From Trichlorobacter lovleyi SZ (GTDB lineage Bacteria > Desulfobacterota > Desulfuromonadia > Geobacterales > Pseudopelobacteraceae): a stretch of DNA of 32,000 nt. Below the pieces are notes generated by a model. The model was not told the DNA's origin, made no database searches, and saw nothing but the letters and a program-made list of their open reading frames with translations. The stretch covers positions 1,560,001-1,592,000 of the forward strand of contig NC_010814.1 in assembly GCF_000020385.1 (NCBI RefSeq), given 5' to 3'. Within the stretch, counting starts at the first letter, position 1, and each line of letters starts with the position of its first letter. Shown piece by piece: positions 24,585 through 32,000 of the stretch. The position numbers and the translations under genes are program-made.

Positions 24585-26501
24585 ATGACGATACCGAGAA
24601 GTCTACTAAAGTTTTTGCTTGATCTGATATTGATTGTTGTTGCATACAGCTTTGCGCTGTTGCTTGATGAAGACCTCGTTGTTTCTGCTGTCTATCTTAC
24701 TCGCTTTTTACGATCATTACCGTATGTTGTTGTAATTCAAGCCTTGGTTTTTGTTACTTCAAGGCTTTATAGTAACATCTGGCGATACGCTTCGTTGCAG
24801 GATGTGCTTGAGATCTTTAAGGCGGTCACACTTGCCGTTATTATGACCGCCTTTGGGCTTTTGTTTGTCCGCGATACCCTGGTGTTTTACCGAACATTAT
24901 TGATTCTTGACTGGGGTGTTTTGATGGCTCTGATGCTCTCCAGTCGCTTTGTGCTTCGGTTTAATCGTGAAAACTGCAGCCTGCTGCCCCAATGTTTGAA
25001 ACAACAACCTAAAGGTCGTGCAACCCTGATCGTTGGTGCTGGTGATGCAGCCAACTTACTGATTAAGGAGATACAAAAGCAGCATGATACCGGCTTCAGA
25101 ATTGTTGGCCTGGTTGATGACAATCCAGAAAAACAAGGATTGAAGTTGGGAGGAATCCCGGTATTGGGGCAAACGTCGCAATTGCCTAAATTTATTAGTG
25201 AGTTCCGTGTTGAAGACGTTATTATTGCCGTGCCTTCTGCACATAAGAAGTTCATTCGGAAAATTGTGGCCTGCTGCAAGTCTTCTGGTGTACATTTCAA
25301 AACTCTGCCAAGTATTCCGGATTTGATTGACGGCTCTGTCTCAATTTCACAAATCAGAAAAGTTGAGATTGACGACCTCCTTGGAAGAGATCCGGTGCAA
25401 CTTGATCAACAGGCCATCAGCTCTTATCTGACTGGCAAGCGGGTTTTGGTGACTGGTGCTGCTGGTAGCATAGGTGCTGAGATCTGCCGACAAATATGTG
25501 CCTATAACCCGGCTAAACTTCTGATTTTAGATAGTGCTGAAACACCCCTCTACCATATAGAAAAAGAGTTGGTGGCGCAATTCCCTGCTTTACGTATAAT
25601 TCCGATTATTGCTGATGTGCGCAATCGTGACCGTATCGCTTGCCTGTTTGACAGTTTTATACCTCAGGTTGTTTTTCATGCCGCTGCTTATAAGCATGTA
25701 CCAATGATGGAGTATAACCCGATGGAGGCTGTCTGTAATAATGTTGGTGGAACCATGCATCTTGCGGATGCTGCCCATGCCTGTAGAGCAGAACGTTTTG
25801 TTATGATTTCTACTGATAAAGCAGTCAATCCCACTAATGTAATGGGGGCCAGCAAGCGGGCTGCTGAGTTATATGTGCAGGCTTTGGCCCAAGGATCGCA
25901 CACCTGCTTTACCACAGTCCGGTTCGGCAATGTGCTGGGTAGTAACGGTAGTGTGATACCGCTTTTCAAAGAGCAGATTCTGAAAGGTGGGCCTGTCACA
26001 GTAACCGATCCCAGAGTTATCCGTTTCTTTATGACCATTCCTGAAGCGTGTCAGCTGGTACTGCAGGCTGGCTGTCTGGGGCAGGGGGGCGATATTTTTG
26101 TGCTGGATATGGGAGAACCAGTACGAATTCTTGACCTCGCTGAAGAGTTGATTCGTCTTTCCGGTCTGACTCCGTATGAAGATATTGAGATAGTGTTTAG
26201 CGGTCTGCGGCCAGGTGAAAAAATGTTTGAAGAGTTGTTGGTTGATGGTGAAAATGTTTTGCCAACAGCTCACGAAAAGATTTGCGTTGTTAGAGCTATC
26301 AATCTTAATTACGAAGAGATTTTGTGTATGGTTCAGAAACTACTCGTTGTTGCAAATAATTTTGATACCGGTGCTATTTTACAACAGTTAAAGCTTATGG
26401 TGCCAGAGTTCACGGCACAATACCATTTTAAGGGCGAACCGCCGTTTCCGTTTCGACGTTTGCGTCCAGATGTCATGGAATCAAATGAATACACTATATA
26501 A
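24585..26501 (+). CDS. wbpM: Membrane-anchored nucleotide-sugar 4,6-dehydratase/epimerase (CapD / WbpM / PglF family polysaccharide biosynthesis protein)
   Basis: Four N-terminal TM segments, then two Rossmann regions (LIVGAGDAANLL; VLVTGAAGSIGAE) and the short-chain dehydrogenase core (HAAAYKHVPMME, STDKAVNPTNVMGASKR). ATG 24585 is preferred over the TTG 24576 used by the track. Confidence 0.85.
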   Translation: MTIPRSLLKFLLDLILIVVAYSFALLLDEDLVVSAVYLTRFLRSLPYVVVIQALVFVTSRLYSNIWRYASLQDVLEIFKAVTLAVIMTAFGLLFVRDTLVFYRTLLILDWGVLMALMLSSRFVLRFNRENCSLLPQCLKQQPKGRATLIVGAGDAANLLIKEIQKQHDTGFRIVGLVDDNPEKQGLKLGGIPVLGQTSQLPKFISEFRVEDVIIAVPSAHKKFIRKIVACCKSSGVHFKTLPSIPDLIDGSVSISQIRKVEIDDLLGRDPVQLDQQAISSYLTGKRVLVTGAAGSIGAEICRQICAYNPAKLLILDSAETPLYHIEKELVAQFPALRIIPIIADVRNRDRIACLFDSFIPQVVFHAAAYKHVPMMEYNPMEAVCNNVGGTMHLADAAHACRAERFVMISTDKAVNPTNVMGASKRAAELYVQALAQGSHTCFTTVRFGNVLGSNGSVIPLFKEQILKGGPVTVTDPRVIRFFMTIPEACQLVLQAGCLGQGGDIFVLDMGEPVRILDLAEELIRLSGLTPYEDIEIVFSGLRPGEKMFEELLVDGENVLPTAHEKICVVRAINLNYEEILCMVQKLLVVANNFDTGAILQQLKLMVPEFTAQYHFKGEPPFPFRRLRPDVMESNEYTI

Positions 26502-28113
26502 AGCGATAATTGTATCTGTACTGCTTGGTATGACAGCGCCTGCATTGGCAGATATGCTTTCCTCCTCAAACATACCGTTGGACAGCCCGATCTATCTGTA
26601 TCTGGAGAAGCTCTCTGGCATGGGGTTGATCCGCTCGGATAGCAGGGGGCTGAAACCTTTTTCACGGGCTGAGGCGGCACGTCTGACCGTTGAGGCGACT
26701 GAAACGTATCGATCAAGCGCCAGCCATGGGGATGCCTCGGCCGCGGTGGCCAAGGCGATGCTGAAGGAGCTTAAAAGTCAACTTGCACGTGAACTGGCGC
26801 TCTACAACAACGATACAAGAGCCCGGCTCTTTGACGCTACGCCGGTGTTGTCGGCGCGCCTACGCTATGTTTATCTGGACGGGACTCCACGCAGCTATGA
26901 GCGGCAGGCGAACGATCCGGGTAATGACGGGGTGTTCGGTATCGGCCAGGGCTTGCGTCCCCGAAATCCGTACCCCTCGCCGGTACAACACCATGGCTCT
27001 GAAGGCACCCCTTTGCTGGAGAACAATGAAGGCACGGTTTACAGCCGAGGCCATAATGCAGAGTTCAGGGTAGCAGGTGAGGCGTATATCAGCCGCTATG
27101 CCGTTGGGCTGTTTGAACCGCAGCTTCTATATGGTTCTGAACGGCATAGATCTGTTGCAACCCTTAATCGTGCGTATGTAAAGCTTGGTGGTGGGGCGCT
27201 GGAGTTGGAGGTGGGACGAGACAGTACCTGGATGGGGTTGGGCCAGCGCGGAGCTATCACGCTTTCAAACAACGCCCGTAACCTGGATATGCTCAAGCTT
27301 TCAAGCCCTGAGCCGTTCACGGTAAGCTGGCTCTCCTGGCTGGGCGACATGAAGTATATGTTTTTGGTCTCCAGGCTTGATCATACGGTAACTAACGGCA
27401 AAGAACGCCAGCCGTATTACTACGCAGTCAAGCTGATTAGCAAGCCGTCCGATAATCTGGAGATCGGCTTTAACCTGGGGAAACAGGCGGGCGGAACCGG
27501 CCTGAATAACAGCCTGCAGCAGTATGTAAACGGCATACTGGGGGGCACCTCTGCAGACAACTCAAACGGCATGGCCGGGTTTGAACTCCGCTATCGCGCC
27601 CCCTGGCTGCGTAACACCGAGTTTTATGCCGAGTTTTCCGGCGAGGATACCGCCAGCTTCTGGCCGATTGTGGAGAGTTACCTGGCCGGATTCTACATCC
27701 CGATGTTGACAAGTGACGGACGTAACGACCTGCGCTTTGAGTACTTCAGGGGTAATAATATTCTTTACACCAGTAGTACCATGCCCCAGGGATATCTGTA
27801 CCACGATCTGCCGCTGGGGCATGCCCAAGGTGGCGCCACCGAGGACTTTTTTGTACGCTACAGCCATTGGTTAGGCGTAAAAAACAACATCGCGCTTGAT
27901 TACTCCTATACAACGCGAGGAAATTTTGGCGGGTTGCCCGGTCAAGCCGTTGAGCAAAAACATGCCGGCCGGGTTTCCGTGACCGTGCCGCTGTTTGAGC
28001 GCATTGAAGCGCAACTGCTGTATGGTGTAGAGGGGATCAGGAATGTCAATCTGGTCTTGGGGCAACACCGTACCAACCAGCTGATGAAGTTGGAACTACG
28101 CTATAATTATTAG
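26485..28113 (+). CDS. Outer-membrane beta-barrel protein, Wzi-like capsule-assembly family (tentative)
   Basis: Signal peptide MNTLYKAIIVSVLLGMTAPALA-D. An N-terminal helical segment IPLDSPIYLYLEKLSGMGLIRSDSRGLKPFSRAEAARL resembles the Wzi N-terminal motif. The remainder is rich in alternating aromatic/Gly beta-strand patterns and ends in ...LELRYNY (aromatic OMP C-terminus). An alternative start is ATG 26470. Confidence 0.55.
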   Translation: MNTLYKAIIVSVLLGMTAPALADMLSSSNIPLDSPIYLYLEKLSGMGLIRSDSRGLKPFSRAEAARLTVEATETYRSSASHGDASAAVAKAMLKELKSQLARELALYNNDTRARLFDATPVLSARLRYVYLDGTPRSYERQANDPGNDGVFGIGQGLRPRNPYPSPVQHHGSEGTPLLENNEGTVYSRGHNAEFRVAGEAYISRYAVGLFEPQLLYGSERHRSVATLNRAYVKLGGGALELEVGRDSTWMGLGQRGAITLSNNARNLDMLKLSSPEPFTVSWLSWLGDMKYMFLVSRLDHTVTNGKERQPYYYAVKLISKPSDNLEIGFNLGKQAGGTGLNNSLQQYVNGILGGTSADNSNGMAGFELRYRAPWLRNTEFYAEFSGEDTASFWPIVESYLAGFYIPMLTSDGRNDLRFEYFRGNNILYTSSTMPQGYLYHDLPLGHAQGGATEDFFVRYSHWLGVKNNIALDYSYTTRGNFGGLPGQAVEQKHAGRVSVTVPLFERIEAQLLYGVEGIRNVNLVLGQHRTNQLMKLELRYNY

Positions 28114-28176
28114 TTGTTTGTGTATTTGCACGCTTGGTCTTTGTTTATAGTCTAATTGTTTTAAAGGGGTTTTACG

Positions 28177-30786
28177 ATGCTTCGTCAGTTAATCACAGGG
28201 TTGAGTTTGGTGTTGTTGAGTTTGGTGCTGTTCAGGGGGGAGGCGTTTACTGAAGGTGGCGGTGTAGTCGCCGCGGCCGGAGGGCCTGCAGTTGTCACTT
28301 CTGGTGGTGCTCCCATGGCTGGACCTGTGGCACCCATGGGGAGTGGTTTTGGACCGTTGGCGCCGGTAGGTGGTGCTTCCAGCACAGCTCCAGCAGGCAT
28401 GGGGGGCGGCAGCATAACTTCATCTGGTGCCATTATAAACAGCTCTTCGGCGATTGCCCCGGCAGCTCAGCAAGCGCCGCTTGGCCCTACAACCGCCCAG
28501 AGTCCGGCAGCACCGGTCGCAGAGACCAGTCTTGATCTGTCTGTTTCAGAGCGTGCTATGCAGGAGGCTGCTGATGGCAGCCAAAAAGCAAAACCCCAAG
28601 CTACTGCACTTGCTCCGCTGCAGCAGTTTGGTTACAACTTTTTTCGTGGGGATGCTCGGGGCTTTGCGCCACTGACCGATGTACCAGTAAGTAATGACTA
28701 TATCTTGGGTACCGGTGACCGGATCAGCCTGAGTATCTGGGGGAGTGTAGAAGCAAACCTTGAGCTTGAAGTTAACCAGAATGGCGATTTGGTCGTTCCG
28801 AAGGTCGGTACGATTCATGTTGCCGGAGTTTCTTACGGGCAACTTCCCGGTGTATTAAAAGGTCAGATCGGTCAGTACCTGAAGGATTTTCATCTGAGTG
28901 TGACTATGAACAGGCTGCGCCTGGTAAAGGTCTATGTGGTCGGTCAGGTCAAGGCGCCGGGGGACTACAGCGTTCCCGGTCTTTCAACGGTACTGAATGT
29001 TTTAACTGCAGCTGGTGGCCCTACTAAAAATGGTTCGCTCCGCTCAATTGTAGTGAAACGTGATGGCAAGGTGGTTGAGACTGTTGACCTCTACGATTTT
29101 TTTCTGAAGGGAGATAAATCAAAAGATATCAGGTTGCTACCCGGCGATACCATGTATGTTCCCAGTATTGGCCCTGTGGCAGGCATTGCCGGAAATGTAC
29201 GGCGTCCCGCTATTTATGAACTGAAGCATGAAAAGACTCTGAAAGATCTGCTTGCTTTGGCAGATGGTTTGGTTCCAACCGGCTATCTGCAACGGGTACA
29301 GATTTCACGGGTTGACGCCCATGAAAAACGGACTGTCAGCGATATTAATCTTGACCCCAAGGCAAGTGGTAAAGTTCTTGATGGGGTGACCGCTTCAGTT
29401 GCCATCAAGGACCTTGATGTTGTAAAAATATTTCCGATTGATGCAACGTTACGGGGGTACGTGCGTTTGGACGGCTATGTTCTGCGCCCCGGTGATTACG
29501 CCTTAAAGCCTGGTATGCGGGTTGAAACACTGCTTGCCCAGGATAATCTGCTCCCTGAATACTATGGTGAAGCAGCTCAGATAATCCGTCTGGTAGCACC
29601 TGATTTCCATCCTGAGGTGTTGTATTTTAATGTCAAGCAGGCCATGGCCAAGGACCCAAAGCAAAATCTTGAGTTGCAGGAGTTTGATAGTATCAAAATA
29701 TTTTCGCGCTGGGAAATGGAGGAGATGCCGCAAGTGCGGATTAGTGGTGAAGTCCAGAAACCCGGTGTGTATCGTCTGTTCAGTGGCATGCGGGTACGTG
29801 ACCTGCTGGTGTTTGCCGGTAATCTTAAGTTGACTGCCTTTACTCAAAATGCCGAGATTACCCGCACGGACTATACTAAAACTTCCGTAAAAAACTATTC
29901 CATCATTATCAACTTGAGTAAGGCGTTGGCTGGAGACCCACAGCACAATATACCACTTGAAAAGTTTGATGAACTCTATATCAGAAAAATACCGAATTGG
30001 GCTGAAGAAACAGAGCGCTATATTACCCTAAAGGGGGAGTTTGTCTTTCCGGGGGTATACCCCGTGTACCGTGGTGAACGTTTGAGTTCAGTTATCAGGC
30101 GGGCAGGCGGATATACGGAGAGGGCCTACTTGCGCGCCGCAAAGTTGACTCGGCGTTCTGTGCAGGAACAGCAACAGAAACGGATGGATGAGGCGTTGCA
30201 ACGCGCGGAGAAAGATCTGATGCAAAAACAGGCAACCTTGGCCAGCGTGGCTGCAAGTAAAGAGGAGTTGGAAAGTACCAAGGCTACTCTTGAGGCGTTG
30301 ACAAAAACTATTGAGCAAATGCGTAAACTGAAAGCTGAAGGGCGGATCGTACTCAACCTTTCAGCATTGCAACAGTTTGAAGATAGCACCTATAACCTGG
30401 TTCTTGAAGGTGGTGAAACGCTTGAGGTCCCGCCCCAACCGGGTGTGGTACATGTACTGGGTAATGTCTATAACCAGACCTCCTTTGTCTATGAACCGGA
30501 GATGGACGACGTTGGCAGTTATCTTGAAAAAGCCGGCGGCCCGACATCAGACGCAGATGCATCTGAAATATATGTAGTTCGTGCTGATGGCTCTGTTGTT
30601 AGCAAAAAACAGAGTTCAATTTGGCGGTTTGGTGGTTTTGACACTACCGCCATGTTGCCTGGTGACACCTTGGTCGTACCACAAAAGATCGAACGAACCG
30701 CCTGGTTGCGTGATATTAAAGATATTACCCAGATTCTTTCAAACGTGGCTTTGGCTGCCGGCAGTGTTTACCTCTGGTTTAAGTAG
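28177..30786 (+). CDS. Large outer-membrane polysaccharide export (OPX) protein, Wza/KpsD-like with multiple SLBB domains
   Basis: 869 aa. A signal peptide is followed by a ~100-aa Gly/Ala/Pro/Ser-rich low-complexity region. Then a Poly_export-type PES motif region (YILGTGDRISLSIWGS...NGDLVVPKVGTIHVAGVSYGQL) and repeated SLBB-like units (VKVYVVGQVKAPGDY; RISGEVQKPGVYRL; ITLKGEFVFPGVYPV; VHVLGNVYNQTSF). There is a coiled-coil insert (QEQQQKRMDEALQRAEKDLMQKQATL...) and a hydrophobic C-terminal helix (ILSNVALAAGSVYLWFK). Confidence 0.8.
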   Translation: MLRQLITGLSLVLLSLVLFRGEAFTEGGGVVAAAGGPAVVTSGGAPMAGPVAPMGSGFGPLAPVGGASSTAPAGMGGGSITSSGAIINSSSAIAPAAQQAPLGPTTAQSPAAPVAETSLDLSVSERAMQEAADGSQKAKPQATALAPLQQFGYNFFRGDARGFAPLTDVPVSNDYILGTGDRISLSIWGSVEANLELEVNQNGDLVVPKVGTIHVAGVSYGQLPGVLKGQIGQYLKDFHLSVTMNRLRLVKVYVVGQVKAPGDYSVPGLSTVLNVLTAAGGPTKNGSLRSIVVKRDGKVVETVDLYDFFLKGDKSKDIRLLPGDTMYVPSIGPVAGIAGNVRRPAIYELKHEKTLKDLLALADGLVPTGYLQRVQISRVDAHEKRTVSDINLDPKASGKVLDGVTASVAIKDLDVVKIFPIDATLRGYVRLDGYVLRPGDYALKPGMRVETLLAQDNLLPEYYGEAAQIIRLVAPDFHPEVLYFNVKQAMAKDPKQNLELQEFDSIKIFSRWEMEEMPQVRISGEVQKPGVYRLFSGMRVRDLLVFAGNLKLTAFTQNAEITRTDYTKTSVKNYSIIINLSKALAGDPQHNIPLEKFDELYIRKIPNWAEETERYITLKGEFVFPGVYPVYRGERLSSVIRRAGGYTERAYLRAAKLTRRSVQEQQQKRMDEALQRAEKDLMQKQATLASVAASKEELESTKATLEALTKTIEQMRKLKAEGRIVLNLSALQQFEDSTYNLVLEGGETLEVPPQPGVVHVLGNVYNQTSFVYEPEMDDVGSYLEKAGGPTSDADASEIYVVRADGSVVSKKQSSIWRFGGFDTTAMLPGDTLVVPQKIERTAWLRDIKDITQILSNVALAAGSVYLWFK

Positions 30787-30814
30787 TGTTGTGATATTGA
30801 CATCCCCATCTGTA

Positions 30815-31171
30815 ATGCGCCTTTTGCTAGCAGGTGTTACAATTGCCGTGCTGTATCTCTCCCTGACCCCTGCTCCGCCAAGCGACGGGCTTGGGTGGGA
30901 TAAGCTGAATCATGCCATAGCTATGGCTGTTGTCACCGTTATTGCTTTTCGTACGCTCCGGCCCGTTTCACCGCGGGCCATTTTATTAGGAGGGCTGTAT
31001 GCCCTGCTGCTGGGAGCGCTGATCGAGCTGTTGCAAGGTACGCTGACCACAACCCGTTCGGCTGAATGGGGTGACCTGCTGGCTGATGCTGTTGGTGTGG
31101 CGCTTGCCATGCCGGGTCTGTACCTGTGGAAGCGAAAGACAATTTTGAATGCTGAATTTGAGAGGCAATGA
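30815..31171 (+). CDS. VanZ-like small membrane protein
   Basis: MRLLLAGVTIAVLYLSLTPAPP...WDKLNHAIAMAVVTVIAF...LIELLQGTLTTTRSAEWGDLLADAVGVALA matches the VanZ pattern (DKxxH, E..Q......R......D...N..G). The track ORF 30581-31171 begins inside the export gene; ATG 30815 (or GTG 30791) is the first plausible start after its stop. Confidence 0.6.
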   Translation: MRLLLAGVTIAVLYLSLTPAPPSDGLGWDKLNHAIAMAVVTVIAFRTLRPVSPRAILLGGLYALLLGALIELLQGTLTTTRSAEWGDLLADAVGVALAMPGLYLWKRKTILNAEFERQ

Positions 31172-32000
31172 TGAATTTTAAATGGTGGGTTCCGCATTCA
31201 AAATTAAAAATTCAACAAATAACATTTTTTTTGCTCCTGTTTTTAACTCTTTTTTGCCAGCCTGTCCTGGCAGAGGACCCGACTGTGCGTGGCGAGTTGA
31301 AAGGTTTCAGCACCCGGCTGTGGGATGAGTCTGTTGATCTTGCCCGTACCCCCTTTACGCTGCAGGATGGCAATCTGTTCTGGACACTGGGGGTTGTCGG
31401 TGTGATCGGTCTGACCTATGCCTACGATGGGGATATCCGTGACAAACTTGCCGAAACCCACAGCAGGTCATTGGGGAAGCTGACCGACGCAGGAGAGCTG
31501 ATCGGTAATCCGTACCTGCATCTGGGGGTGGCTGCGCTGGTGTACGGTGGTGGCCTTGCAGCAGGTTCTCCAAAGTGGAAGGAGACCGGTGAGATGCTGG
31601 GCGAGGCGTTGATTCTTGCTGATGCCGTCACCCTGCTGGTCAAAGAGGGGACCGGTCGTGGACGTCCGGTGGCAACGGCACATAAGGATGACTTCAGACC
31701 GTTCCAGTTCAGGAATGATTACGATTCCTTTCCTTCCATGCATACAGCCAGTTCATTCGCCCTGGCTTCGGTGCTGGCCCACAGCTCGGAGAGTGTCCCG
31801 GTTGCGCTTGTATCCTACTCAGCTGCTGCATTTGTGGGATTTTCTCGTCTGTATCAGAATAAACACTGGGCCAGTGATGTCTTGCTCGGGGCGGCGATTG
31901 GTGAACTGGCCGGCCGCGTGGTAACCTCCTTCCACGCGGACAGGGGGAACAGGCTTGTACTGCTGCCGGCAGTCAGCGGAGACGCAGTGAGTATGAACCT
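31168..32000 (+). CDS. PAP2-family (acid phosphatase / lipid phosphate phosphatase) protein with signal peptide, 3' end off the window
   Basis: An open frame runs from ATG 31168 (ATGA overlap with the VanZ-like stop) to the window end: MMNFKWWVPHSKLKIQQITFFLLLFLTLFCQPVLAEDP... All three PAP2 motifs are present: KEGTGRGRP (KxxxxxxRP), PSMH (PSGH), SRLYQNKHWASD (SRxxxxxHxxxD). It is not in the ORF track because there is no stop in the window. Confidence 0.75.
   Translation, partial: MMNFKWWVPHSKLKIQQITFFLLLFLTLFCQPVLAEDPTVRGELKGFSTRLWDESVDLARTPFTLQDGNLFWTLGVVGVIGLTYAYDGDIRDKLAETHSRSLGKLTDAGELIGNPYLHLGVAALVYGGGLAAGSPKWKETGEMLGEALILADAVTLLVKEGTGRGRPVATAHKDDFRPFQFRNDYDSFPSMHTASSFALASVLAHSSESVPVALVSYSAAAFVGFSRLYQNKHWASDVLLGAAIGELAGRVVTSFHADRGNRLVLLPAVSGDAVSMN

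Noticed and set aside
30581-30814. The upstream part of track ORF 30581-31171
   Set aside because: It lies inside the 3' end of the export gene in another frame. VanZ-like similarity begins only after ATG 30815.

Overview
This window is a Wzx/Wzy-type surface-polysaccharide (O-antigen or capsule-like) biosynthesis and export locus from a Gram-negative genome of moderately high GC. My guess of a Geobacter/Pelobacter-like deltaproteobacterium rests only on protein N-termini and repeat style. About 24 kb is one long minus-strand gene train: glmS, a Wzz-like chain-length determinant, and the complete five-enzyme WbpB/WbpD/WbpA/WbpE/WbpI set for UDP-2,3-diacetamido-2,3-dideoxy-D-mannuronic acid. 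These are followed by a strongly AT-rich serotype-specific block (Wzx flippase, two hexapeptide acetyltransferases, an AsnB-like amidotransferase, four GT4 glycosyltransferases, a Wzy-like polymerase), then a GNAT and the 5' end of gmd. A divergent plus-strand operon encodes a WbpM/CapD-like dehydratase, a Wzi-like outer-membrane protein, an 869-aa Wza/KpsD-like export protein, a VanZ-like protein and a PAP2 phosphatase (partial). The locus carries three mobile-element relics: an IS4-family element with a 9-bp target duplication, an IS256-family element nested inside it, and a decayed IS3-family element. It also carries REP/MITE-like inverted repeats. The most unusual feature is a small antitoxin plus PIN-domain toxin module between wbpA and wbpE. 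The PIN ORF runs in frame, with no stop and no canonical restart codon, into the WbpE-like aminotransferase. Other points worth a second look are a C9A7 homopolymer in codons 6-11 of the wzz-like gene, a C8 tract and a 42-nt in-frame polypyrimidine insertion in wbpE, and simple-sequence repeats in the divergent control region. I found no rRNA, tRNA or CRISPR array. All functional calls come from reading the translated ORFs; no database search was run.
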